Assembly: GCA_036501425.1 (NCBI GenBank)
Contig: DASYAI010000016.1
Span: 8,490 to 72,489 of the forward strand
From: Acidimicrobiales bacterium
Lineage (GTDB): Bacteria; Actinomycetota; Acidimicrobiia; Acidimicrobiales; RAAP-2
Direction: 5' to 3'
Length of the DNA stretch: 64,000 nucleotides
Shown here: positions 18,404 to 27,227 of the stretch, piece after piece
How the letters are laid out: each line of letters begins with the position of its first letter
Numbering within the stretch: the stretch's first letter is position 1
Made by a program: the position numbers and the translations under genes
Notes under the pieces: generated by a model
What the model was told of the DNA's origin: nothing
Database searches by the model: none
The model's input: the letters and a program-made list of their open reading frames with translations, nothing else

Positions 18404-20043
18404 CCGAGGACCGAGGACCCGAGGACGCCGGCGCCACGGTGGTCCATCCGATCGAGCAGGAGAGTTACCGGATCCTCGCCCAGCGGCTCGACCTGTCCGG
18501 TCGGGGCCCCGGCCCGGCGACGGTCGTCGCCCGGATCGTCCACGCCACGGCCGAGCCGGAGCTGGCCGGCTCGGTGGTGGTCGACGAGGTGGCGGTGGCG
18601 GCCGGCGTGGCCGCGCTGCGGGGCGGCGCCCCGATCATCTGCGACGTCGAGATGGTGCGCTCGGGGATCTCCGCCCCCGACGCGCGGTGCCTGCTCGGAG
18701 AGGTGCCGGTGGCGCCGCCCGCCGGCACCCGCTCGGCCGCCGCCATGGAGCTGGCGGCCGAGCGACATCCCGAGGGTGCGGTCTTCGTCGTCGGGTGTGC
18801 CCCCACCGCGCTCGAGGCCCTCAACCGGCGCATCGAGGACGGGCGGTTGCGCCCGGCCCTGGTCGTGGGCACCCCGGTGGGCTTCGTCGGCGCCGAGGCG
18901 TCCAAGGAGCGCCTCCTGCGGGTCGCCGGCACGGCGGGGGTGCCGGTGATCGCCTTGCGGGGCGAGCGGGGTGGGGCGGCCGTCGCCGCAGCCGCCGTCA
19001 ACGCCCTGGGCCGGCTGGCGGGAGGGAGGACCCACCCCCGGACGGTGGGGCGGGTGGCCGATGCCGGGGGGCCGCCGGCTCCGGCCATGGTGCTGATCGG
19101 CCACGGGACCAGGTCGGTACAGGGTGAGGCCGAGCTGCGGGCGTTCTGCCGCCTGGTCGCCGCGGCCCGGCCGGAGGTGCCGGTCTCGGAGGGCTTCATC
19201 GAGTTCATGGCGCCGACGTTGCCCGAGGCCCTCGAGGCGGCGGCAGGGCCCGGGACCGGGGCGGGGCATTCGGTGATCGCCGTGCCATTGGTGTTGCTCG
19301 GGGCGGGACACATGAAGGACGACGGCCCGGTCGCCCTGGCGCATGCCCGGGCCCGGCACCCGGGCGTCACCTTCTCCTACGGGAGGGACCTGGGGGTCCA
19401 CCCGACGGTGCTGGAGGTGGTGGCCCAACGGGTCGTGGAGGCCGTGGCCCACCGGCCGGTCGACGCGGTCGTGCTGGTGGGACGGGGCTCGAGCGACCCC
19501 GACGCGAACGCGGACCTGGTCAAAGCGGCCCGCCTGCTGGCCGACGGCCGCCGGCTGACCTCGCCCCGGCCACCCGCGGGGCCGCTCGACCGCCCCGGGG
19601 CTGGACTCGACCGCCCCGGGGGCGGACCGGTCGCCGAGCCCCCGGGACCACCGCTCGGCATGGTCGAAGCGTGCTTCGTGTCGCTGGCCGCGCCCGACGT
19701 CGCCGGGGCGCTCACCCGCTGCCGCCTGCTGGGCGCCCGGCGGATCCTGGTGGTGCCGTACTTCTTGTTCGCCGGCCTGCTGGTCGACCGGATCAGCGAC
19801 CAGGCGCACGCCTGGGCCGCTGCCCACGACGACACCGAGGTGGTGGTGGGTGGCCACATGGGCGTCGACCCCCGGCTGGTCGAGCTGGTCTGGCACCGCT
19901 ACGACGAGGTCGCCGGGGGTCCGGTGCACATGAACTGTGACGGGTGCCTGCACCGGACGCCGCTGCCCGGCTACGAGAGCCGGGTGGGCGTGGCGCCGCC
20001 GACCGCTACCTCGCGGACGTCGAGGACCTCGAGGACGCGCTGA
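18400..20043 (+). CDS. cobH: Precorrin-8X methylmutase (CobH/CbiC) fused in frame to a two-domain CbiX/SirB-type chelatase
   Basis: Last 547 aa of track ORF 17767..20043, starting at GTG 18400. The CobH part has HPIEQESYRIL, VFVVGCAPTAL and GFVGAEASKE. The CbiX part has MVLIGHGTRS and VLVGRGSSDPDANADL, the two class II chelatase repeats. A C-terminal HMNCDGC motif is present. There is no stop between the two parts. Confidence 0.75.
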   Translation: MTEDRGPEDAGATVVHPIEQESYRILAQRLDLSGRGPGPATVVARIVHATAEPELAGSVVVDEVAVAAGVAALRGGAPIICDVEMVRSGISAPDARCLLGEVPVAPPAGTRSAAAMELAAERHPEGAVFVVGCAPTALEALNRRIEDGRLRPALVVGTPVGFVGAEASKERLLRVAGTAGVPVIALRGERGGAAVAAAAVNALGRLAGGRTHPRTVGRVADAGGPPAPAMVLIGHGTRSVQGEAELRAFCRLVAAARPEVPVSEGFIEFMAPTLPEALEAAAGPGTGAGHSVIAVPLVLLGAGHMKDDGPVALAHARARHPGVTFSYGRDLGVHPTVLEVVAQRVVEAVAHRPVDAVVLVGRGSSDPDANADLVKAARLLADGRRLTSPRPPAGPLDRPGAGLDRPGGGPVAEPPGPPLGMVEACFVSLAAPDVAGALTRCRLLGARRILVVPYFLFAGLLVDRISDQAHAWAAAHDDTEVVVGGHMGVDPRLVELVWHRYDEVAGGPVHMNCDGCLHRTPLPGYESRVGVAPPTATSRTSRTSRTR

Positions 20044-22135
20044 GCCGGGCTTCGAGCCCCAGGCGGTCGACCGTGGGCAGGACGCGGGGTTGGAGCCATT
20101 GCCCCCCATTCGCGGTGATGTGGATCCCGTCGGACCACCGCACGTCCACCCCGTCGATGGTGGCGGCGAAGCGGCGGCTGGGGTCGAGGAGGGCGTTGAG
20201 GTCGACGACGTGGGCCCCGGTGCGGCGGGAGACCCGCTCGACCAGGGCGTTGTAGGCGTCGACCCGCCCCGGCTGGTCCTCGGGGTAGGGCGAGCCGTCC
20301 GGCGCCTCCTCGGGGACGTCGAGGTAGGGCATGGTGAAGAGCACGACCGACGCCCCGCGGCGCGCCAGCAGGTGGACGGCCGTCTGCATCTCGGCGCTCA
20401 GGTGGTCGTCCCAGAGCCGCTCGCCGATGTGGGTCCAATGGCCGTCGAGGCGGTGGTCGGCTACCTCCCAGCGGCCCAGAAGCAGCCCGACCACCTGGGG
20501 CCGGTCCTGGCGGACGAGGCGAGACCAGGTGGCCCGCCAGTCGGGACACCCCGCCGTGGCCGGGCCGACCTGACCGCTCAGCCGGACCTCGAGCGTCGGG
20601 TCGAGGTCACATCCCAGCTCGGAGTCGTTGTCGATCCGGACCCCGTAGCGGCTCCGCGAGTCGTCGCTGAGCCCGATGCCCATGGTGAGGGCGATCGAGT
20701 CGCCGACCAGCAAGAAGCGCACGGGGTTCGTCGTGAAGGCGTGGAGGGCCGCCAGCTGCCGCCGCTCGGAGCCGGCGGCCGCCGTTGCCCGGACCGGTGC
20801 GCCGCCGGCCGGCACGACGGTCGCGACGAGCAGGGCGCCCACGGCGACCAGGGCACCGGCGGTGGCGCCGACCACGCCGTGCCGGCCGCGGCTCAGCGAC
20901 CCGGTGCGTACCGGTTCCTCGACCAGGTGGAAGGACGCGATCGCCGCAGCAAAGGTTGCCGCGAGGCGGCAGGCGAGCAGCGCGGGACCCGACAGCCCGG
21001 TGTGCTGGTGATCGATCGCCAGGCACAGGGGCCAGTGGTAGAGGTACAGGCCGTAGGAGATCCTCCCGACGTAGGCGAGCGGGCGCAGCGCGCACAGGCG
21101 GCCCACGGGCGATCCGGGGCACTCGGACACCGAGCCGACCACCCCCGCAGCGGCCAGGGCGACGAGGGCGAATCCCCCCCGGTAGAGGAAGGTTGCCTGC
21201 CCGTCGAGGGAGGTCCAGGCGAACAGCAGCGCCGCTCCCCCGGCCACGCCGGCCGCGCTCCAGGCCCGTCGCCGCTCGGGGACCGAGGGCGCCGCTCCCC
21301 GAGCGGCGCACCGGCCGAGGGCGGCCGACCGCCACCCGCAGGCCGCGCCGAGGAAGGAGCCGATCAGCAGCGCCTGGGCCCGTGTGTCGCTCCCGTAGTA
21401 CAGGCGGTCGGCCGAGAACCCGGCCGCCTGCATGACGGCCATCAGCGTCGCCGACACGGCGGCGGCGCCCAGGGCCACCTTGGCGAGCACCCTGGTCCCC
21501 CACCGCTGCAGGACGACCGCCGCCACCAGGGGCCAGACGAGGTAGTACTGCTCCTCGACGCCCAGCGACCAGGTGTGGAGCAGCGGCGACGGCGCGCCCG
21601 ACGCGGCGAAGTACCCCTGTCCGGCCACGATGTAGTGCCAGTTGGCCACGTAGAGGAGCGTCGAGAGGGCGTCGGCGCGCACGGCCGAAACGTCGACGGT
21701 GGACGCGAAGACCCTGGCATAGACCGCCACGCCGACCAACAAGAGCAGCAGGCCCGGAAGGAGCCGGCGCGCCCGGCGCGCCCAGAAGGCACCCAGGGCC
21801 ACCCGTCCCGACCGGTCGTGCTCGCGGCAGAGCAGCGAGGTGATCAAGAACCCCGACAGCACGAAGAAGACGTCCACACCCAGGAGGCCGCCGTGGACCC
21901 CGGGAACGCCGAAGTGGTAGGCGATGACCGCCAGCACGGCGAAGGCGCGCACCCCGTCGAGGGCAGACGAGCGGCGATCGGCGGGGGGCGGGACGCTATC
22001 GTCGGGCCGGTGCGAGCCGCCGCCGATGGCTGAACGGAGCCGCGACCCCCGCTTCAGCCGCGGCCACGCCCGGGTCGCCCCGCTGGACGGGTCCCCCGAC
22101 CGGCTCCCCGGCGCTACGGCAGTTGACGGATTCAT
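20006..22135 (-). CDS. Acyltransferase family 3 membrane protein with a C-terminal SGNH/GDSL-like domain (OafA/YrhL type)
   Basis: Track ORF of 709 aa. Motifs: LDGVRAFAVLAVIAYHF and GVDVFFVLSGFLIT, multiple TM segments, and a C-terminal FLLVGDSIALTMG. Confidence 0.8.
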   Translation of the reverse strand: MNPSTAVAPGSRSGDPSSGATRAWPRLKRGSRLRSAIGGGSHRPDDSVPPPADRRSSALDGVRAFAVLAVIAYHFGVPGVHGGLLGVDVFFVLSGFLITSLLCREHDRSGRVALGAFWARRARRLLPGLLLLLVGVAVYARVFASTVDVSAVRADALSTLLYVANWHYIVAGQGYFAASGAPSPLLHTWSLGVEEQYYLVWPLVAAVVLQRWGTRVLAKVALGAAAVSATLMAVMQAAGFSADRLYYGSDTRAQALLIGSFLGAACGWRSAALGRCAARGAAPSVPERRRAWSAAGVAGGAALLFAWTSLDGQATFLYRGGFALVALAAAGVVGSVSECPGSPVGRLCALRPLAYVGRISYGLYLYHWPLCLAIDHQHTGLSGPALLACRLAATFAAAIASFHLVEEPVRTGSLSRGRHGVVGATAGALVAVGALLVATVVPAGGAPVRATAAAGSERRQLAALHAFTTNPVRFLLVGDSIALTMGIGLSDDSRSRYGVRIDNDSELGCDLDPTLEVRLSGQVGPATAGCPDWRATWSRLVRQDRPQVVGLLLGRWEVADHRLDGHWTHIGERLWDDHLSAEMQTAVHLLARRGASVVLFTMPYLDVPEEAPDGSPYPEDQPGRVDAYNALVERVSRRTGAHVVDLNALLDPSRRFAATIDGVDVRWSDGIHITANGGQWLQPRVLPTVDRLGLEARLSASSRSSTSAR

Positions 22136-22604
22136 CGGGTCGAGATTGGGCGTACGGTCGTAGTCGTGCGGTGGAATCGCTCAGATCCGGCCCGTCGAGG
22201 CGCCACTCGGCACTCGGTCGAGCTTCCGGCTCCCCCGGACACCGACCCGGTCGACACCGAACGGGATCGCCTCACGTCGCTGGAGCGGTCGTGGAACCGT
22301 GAGGTGGGCGATGGCACCCAGATGCGCTCTTTCCTACGGCGGGTCGGCCGTATGTACGAGGCCGGATGCACCCACGAGACCCGAGGGTGGCGGTACTCGT
22401 ATCTCGCCGCAACGCCCGAAGCGGCCCTCGGGGGCTTGACGCAGCTCGTGAACGCGCCCGAGGGGCCGCGCACCGGCGGCTCATCGTCCCGCCGCTACGC
22501 CCATAGCTGAACCCGTACGGTCATACCGGCAGGCACGCTACGTCGTTCGCCGAGGGGGTTGCGAGCCGCCGGGGCGCATCCCGAGGCGCCGCTACCATGC
22601 CCCC

Positions 22605-23465
22605 ATGGCGACGACCGGCATCGAGGTGGGCGCCGCCTCGACGACCCATGCCGGCTGGGTCGACCCGGACGCGGCGATCGCCTACGCGCTCGCGACCGAC
22701 GATCCTCGGGAGCTCTACCTGCGCGGGGAGGCGGTGCATCCGCTCTTCACCGTCGCGCTCGTGCACGGCTCGATGGGTGAGGCGACCCGGCGCGGGATCG
22801 CGGGCGGTGCGGTGCGGGGCGCGACGGGAGCCGTCCACGCCCAGCATGACGTCCACCTCCTGGGGGACGTGGCCCCCGGCATGGCCGTCCGCTGGCGGGC
22901 CGAGACCTACGGCGCCCGCCAGACCAGCGCCGGGGCCCTCGTCACCCAACGGATCGAGGTCTGTGACGAGCGCGGCGTGCCGCTGGTGGTCCATTACTGG
23001 TCGTCCCTGCACACTGGCGGCACGATCGAGTCCGACGTAGGCCCCGACCTGCCCGACCACACCTTTCCGCCCGCCGCCCGGGACCGGCCCCTCGGCCGGC
23101 GGCTATTGGATGTGACGGTCGACCAGTCATTCCGGTACGCCGGCGCTTCCGGTGACCGCAACCCACATTGCGTGGACGACCAGGCGGCGCGCCGGGAGGG
23201 CTTCCCGGGCAAGATCCTCCAGGGGCTGTGCACGTTCGCCCTGTGCTCGGGCGGCGTCCTCGACGTCGGCACGGGCGGCGATCCCCGGACCCTGACCCGC
23301 ATCGCCGGGCGATTTTCGGCGCCGGTCTTCCCCCGGGCCGTGCTGGCGGTCGAGGTGTTCGACGCCGGCGTCGACGAGCAGGGCGGGCGCGTGCTGGCGT
23401 TCGAGGCCACGAGCGGGGGCCGGACGGTCGTGAAGCACGGTCGAGCCCACTTCCGTCCGGCCTGA
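22605..23465 (+). CDS. MaoC-like double hot-dog (R)-hydratase/dehydratase
   Basis: Track ORF of 286 aa. The C-terminal half carries YAGASGDRNPHCVD (hydratase motif). The N-terminal half looks like a degenerate hot-dog fold. Confidence 0.7.
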   Translation: MATTGIEVGAASTTHAGWVDPDAAIAYALATDDPRELYLRGEAVHPLFTVALVHGSMGEATRRGIAGGAVRGATGAVHAQHDVHLLGDVAPGMAVRWRAETYGARQTSAGALVTQRIEVCDERGVPLVVHYWSSLHTGGTIESDVGPDLPDHTFPPAARDRPLGRRLLDVTVDQSFRYAGASGDRNPHCVDDQAARREGFPGKILQGLCTFALCSGGVLDVGTGGDPRTLTRIAGRFSAPVFPRAVLAVEVFDAGVDEQGGRVLAFEATSGGRTVVKHGRAHFRPA

Positions 23466-23695
23466 TCCGACCCATTCGGGGGATCGTCGCGACCACGTTG
23501 TCCGGCGCCGCCGTTTGTTTTGCCCGGCTGGCGGGCCCGGCTACCCGGCGCTTTGGCGTCGCTCGAAGACGGGTGCGCCCACTTTTTGCCGGTCGCGCTC
23601 TACCGTTTAGCCGGACGGACCGGCGCCGCCCTTCGCATCCAGGGCGTTGATGCGTTGGGCTGGCGCGGTCCTCCAAGACTGCTACTCTGACGGCT

Positions 23696-24034
23696 ATGGC
23701 TAAAACCGTCTTTGTAAAGCTGACCGACGACCTTGACGGGTCGGAAGCCGACGAAACCGTAAGCTTCGGTCTGGACGGCAGGTCCTACGAGATCGACCTT
23801 GCCACGGCAAACGCCGAAAAGCTGCGCAAGGCGCTGGAGCCCTATATCGCCAAGGCGGCCAGGGCTGGGCGGGCGGCGCGCGCCGCCAGCCGCCCCGAAG
23901 GCGGCCGCGTTACCGCGTTTTCCCAGCTCAGTGAGGACGAGAAGCTGCGCTTCCGCAAGTGGGCAAAGGCCCCGACGGCACGTCGCATCGCCGACGCCAA
24001 GGTCGAGGAGTGGGAGGCGGCCGGCAAACCCTGA
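23696..24034 (+). CDS. lsr2: Lsr2-family nucleoid-associated protein
   Basis: Track ORF of 112 aa. MAKTVFVKLTDDLDGSEADETVSFGLDGRSYEIDLATANAEKLRKALEPYI matches the Lsr2 dimerisation domain pattern. This is followed by a basic linker (RAGRAARAASR) and a C-terminal DNA-binding-like part (RKWAKAPTARRIADAKVEEW). Confidence 0.85.
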   Translation: MAKTVFVKLTDDLDGSEADETVSFGLDGRSYEIDLATANAEKLRKALEPYIAKAARAGRAARAASRPEGGRVTAFSQLSEDEKLRFRKWAKAPTARRIADAKVEEWEAAGKP

Positions 24035-24300
24035 CCGGCTGGCCAACGCGGTATCGTTTGCGCCGATAGTCGGGCCGCTATTTTGGGCGTCGGTTCATTC
24101 GCCTAGCCCGTGCATTTAGCCGGTTGACGCCGATTGGCTGCTTGACGCCGATTGGTCCGGTCGCCTAGCCCATCGGCTTGAACAGGTGCCCGGGTGTCGA
24201 AGGGGCCCCGACCTTTGAGCTCGGTACCACCGGCGAGCGCTGCTTGCCGGCAACCGGCGCTTGGCGATCCTTCCTCCTCGACAAGAGATCCCCCGGGGGG

Positions 24301-25380
24301 TCAGTCTTGCAGGGCTTGTAGAGCTTGCTGGTCTGCTTCCAACGTCGATTGGGCGGCGTCGAGCTGCTGGGTGGCCTGGGCCACCGCTTGCTGGTCACCG
24401 TCCAGCGCATCGCAGTTGCTCGACGGGGTGGCGTTGCACGCATCGGAATCGGCGCCGAGGAGCGTCTCGGCGGCCTGCAGCTGTGTGCCCACCTCCTCGA
24501 CGGTTTGCTCATCCGCTGTGACCTGGTTCTTCAACTCGTCGATCCGGGGATCGGGTCCGGTAGTGCTGACGGGCGTGATCCGACCGGCCGGGATGGTCGT
24601 CGGGACGGTGGTGCGGGGCGGGGCCGAATGCGACGTGGTCGTCGTCACCGGCACCCGGCTGGTCGTCGGCGCCACCGGGCTCGTGGTCGACGTGGCAACC
24701 GGGGCGGGAGTGGTCGTGGTCGTCGAACCGATCGTCGGCGCGGAGGTGGTCGGCGGGGGCGCCGGTCGGTGCTGGTGCTGAATCGCGGCGCGCACCGGGG
24801 TCGAGGGCCCGTTGACGACGTCGAACGCCACGATCGCCCCGATGACGAGGCTGAAGACACCGGCAGCGGCCATCGATGCCCGGCGCATGGTCGCCAGCTG
24901 GGGTCGCCGGCCGCCCCAGCGCGTCGGTCCGGACCCCCATGGGGTGGTCGGTGCCCCGGTCGGGGGGCCCGCGGTGGCGATCCCCGCCCCGACGCCCACC
25001 TTCTCGTCGGCAGGCCGGTCGATCCGATCGCCATCGTCGCCGGAGGTCGAGTCGAGCCCCCGGTCGCCACCAGCGGGCGCGGACGAAGCGTCGGCGACGA
25101 GGCGGGCGTCGCGCAGAGCCGCCAGGGGGTCGCCCAACGTGGTGTGCAGCTGGGCCCGGATGGCTGCCTCCTCGACCCGCTGGAGCCGCAGCTGCAACCG
25201 GTGATGGGCGAGGGCCGTGAGCCCGCAACCCACGACGGCGGCCCCGACCCAGCCACCAAAGAGTGCCTGCCGGTCGGCGAGGGGCCACTTCGCCCACCGG
25301 TGGAACACCGCGAAGAGGGTCGGCACCGACACCACGATGACGCCGGTGAGCACTGCGAGGCTGGTGCGTACGACCTTCAT
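24301..25380 (-). CDS. Hypothetical membrane protein: N-terminal TM pair, central TM anchor, Thr/Pro-rich linker, C-terminal Gln/Ala-rich coiled-coil-like tail
   Basis: Track ORF 24301..25446, with the start placed at MKVVRTSLAVLTGVIVVSV (ATG 25380). Sequence features: AAAGVFSLVIGAIVAF, PPPTTSAPTIGSTTTTTPAPVATSTTSPVAPTTS, and QQAVAQATQQLDAAQSTLEADQQALQALQD. I recognise no family. An internal start (MRRASMAAAG) is possible. Confidence 0.55.
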   Translation of the reverse strand: MKVVRTSLAVLTGVIVVSVPTLFAVFHRWAKWPLADRQALFGGWVGAAVVGCGLTALAHHRLQLRLQRVEEAAIRAQLHTTLGDPLAALRDARLVADASSAPAGGDRGLDSTSGDDGDRIDRPADEKVGVGAGIATAGPPTGAPTTPWGSGPTRWGGRRPQLATMRRASMAAAGVFSLVIGAIVAFDVVNGPSTPVRAAIQHQHRPAPPPTTSAPTIGSTTTTTPAPVATSTTSPVAPTTSRVPVTTTTSHSAPPRTTVPTTIPAGRITPVSTTGPDPRIDELKNQVTADEQTVEEVGTQLQAAETLLGADSDACNATPSSNCDALDGDQQAVAQATQQLDAAQSTLEADQQALQALQD

Positions 25381-25613
25381 GCGCGCGGGTCCTCCGGGCC
25401 CAACGGACGTTCGTCCGGCCTCATGTGCAGAGCCCGGTGGCCCCACCGGCCGGCGCCCGCCGGTCGGCGTTCACGATCACGAGGCGCAAAACGGGTCCCC
25501 CACGGGCGTTCCAGGGCCGTCAGCATACCCGCCGGCCCCTCGTGGTCGGCGTGAGCACCTCGGTGGGGAGCGAATGGGCCGGGCCCCAGAACGCCGAGCC
25601 TGCCCGACCCCGA

Positions 25614-26630
25614 TCACGCCACGAGGGCCGCGCGAACCTGCTGGAGGCGCTCCGGTGAGATTCCGGCGTGGCCGACGAGGTAGGCCTGCGCCCCGCCGTA
25701 GCGGGCATCGAGCTCGTCGAGCGCCTCGGCCATCGCCCAGCGCGGCGCTCCCAGCACGCCGACGGCTGCCTCGGGCGCCAGGCCCGAAGCCAGCAAGCTC
25801 TCGTAGGACTCGCCCTGCTCGGCTCGGGTCCGGAAGCGAGCCGTCAGCTGGTAGTCGTCGAGCACCGTCTCGCGCTCCACGCCCAACATCTCCAACAGGA
25901 GCGCCATCAGGATGCCCGTGCGGTCCTTGCCGCCGGTGCAGTGGAACAGCGCCGGAAGGGCCGCCGGGCCTGCCAGGCCACCCAGCAAGTCGCCCAGCAC
26001 CGGCGCCGAGTGCTCGAGGATGCCGCAGTACATGTCTCGCAGCAGGCGCTCTCCGTCGGCGGCGAGTCGGAGCTCGGACCGGACCGGGCCGGCATCGTCG
26101 GTCACGACGGGACGGCCCAGCACGGGCATGTGAGCCGAGGTGAACGGGTCGGGCCTGCTCTCTCGCTCGGCGACACCCCGCAGGTCGTAGACCGCTCGTA
26201 TCCCAAGGCGGCCGTAGAGCTCGAGATCCGCCGACGTGAGCCGGTGCAGCGCATCGGAGCGGAACACCACTCCCCAACGAGTCATGCCGCCGGACGCCCG
26301 GTAGCCGCCGATGTCCCGAAAGTTGGTCGCACCGTCGAACCGGACCCGACGCTCACCGACCACCACCGGCCGGTTCTCGCCCGTCGTGAGCGAGACGTAG
26401 TGACGTCCCGGTCCCGGATCGGCGATCCGCAACGATCGCTCGGCGCCGCCGACCGTCACCAGATGGGTGTGCCCGGCGGCGTCGGGAGAGGAGCCCATGG
26501 CGACGTCGACCACCAGGTCGCCGTCCTCGGTGCAGGTCCAACCGACCACCAACCCCCCCTCGGGCAGGGCTTCCACAGAGATCGCAACGAGGGCCGGTGG
26601 CACCGGCCCAACATAACCATCGCCTCTCAC
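25614..26630 (-). CDS. Protein tyrosine/serine phosphatase-like protein (Y_phosphatase3-type)
   Basis: C-terminal part of track ORF 25614..26885. Motifs: NFRDIGGY and HCTGGKDRTG (CX5R P-loop). The N-terminal 85 aa of the track ORF look non-coding. The start is uncertain (GTG 26630 or GTG 26603). Confidence 0.75.
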   Translation of the reverse strand: MRGDGYVGPVPPALVAISVEALPEGGLVVGWTCTEDGDLVVDVAMGSSPDAAGHTHLVTVGGAERSLRIADPGPGRHYVSLTTGENRPVVVGERRVRFDGATNFRDIGGYRASGGMTRWGVVFRSDALHRLTSADLELYGRLGIRAVYDLRGVAERESRPDPFTSAHMPVLGRPVVTDDAGPVRSELRLAADGERLLRDMYCGILEHSAPVLGDLLGGLAGPAALPALFHCTGGKDRTGILMALLLEMLGVERETVLDDYQLTARFRTRAEQGESYESLLASGLAPEAAVGVLGAPRWAMAEALDELDARYGGAQAYLVGHAGISPERLQQVRAALVA

Positions 26631-26810
26631 CGCTTGGTGTCCCGGGGGTGAACGTTGCACGAACGGCGCCCGCGTCGCCGGGGCGGTCGCGGTGCGTGCC
26701 TCGCAGAGGGGCCGGGTTCCGTTGGAGGGGGGCGTGGGGCCCACGTCGGCCCGGGATGCTTGCCGGCGAACATGTGTTCGTCTATATTTCGGTGCACAAC
26801 CCAGGGAGGC

Positions 26811-27023
26811 ATGGTGAAGACGACCGCCACAGCTGTCGGTACCACGGTCGAGAGCTCGGGTGCCGAGCGGTACCGCCGACTCCACGACGAGCTGCAGCAG
26901 GCTCGGATGGAGATCGTCTACGCCGCGTGGCTCGACCGCTGGCGGCTCGCACGCCGGATCGCCCGAGCCGAGACCGAGCTGTCGACGATGACCGCGCCGG
27001 ATCGGCTCGCGCCGGCGTCGTGA
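26811..27023 (+). CDS. Small hypothetical protein (70 aa, helical/charged)
   Basis: ATG 26811 is preceded by GGGAGG 4 nt upstream. Sequence: MVKTTATAVGTTVESSGAERYRRLHDELQQARMEIVYAAWLDRWRLARRIARAETELS... It is the 3' part of track ORF 26655..27023. I recognise no family. Confidence 0.45.
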   Translation: MVKTTATAVGTTVESSGAERYRRLHDELQQARMEIVYAAWLDRWRLARRIARAETELSTMTAPDRLAPAS

Positions 27024-27227
27024 GGCTGGACGAAGCCCGTTTGGAGAACCCCATTTGTGGGCACAGGCACCATCGAGCGACCGTCAGTCACAAGTCGGAC
27101 CTCACCGAGGGCCCGGGGCCGGAGGCTCATCCTCGTTCCCGAATGGGATCGAGGCTCCGGGCCCGGGCCTTCGCGTCGCGGGCCTCGGGGGTGCGGCCCG
27201 CCTCGGTGGCCGACCGGTCGAGGCCTC

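Noticed and set aside
22151-22522. A 9-bp direct repeat CGTACGGTC (22151-22159 and 22514-22522) as the target-site duplication of a MITE-like insertion
   Set aside because: There are no terminal inverted repeats inside the repeats. A single 9-mer match within about 470 bp is close to chance expectation.
22136-22604. RNase P RNA, tmRNA, SRP RNA or a known riboswitch in the long intergenic gap
   Set aside because: None of the universal core motifs was seen on either strand. These include GAGGAAAGTCCGGGC, a tRNA-like GGTTCGA-TCC end, and the SRP GGAA/AGCA helix 8 motifs. The region is kept only as an unexplained gap.
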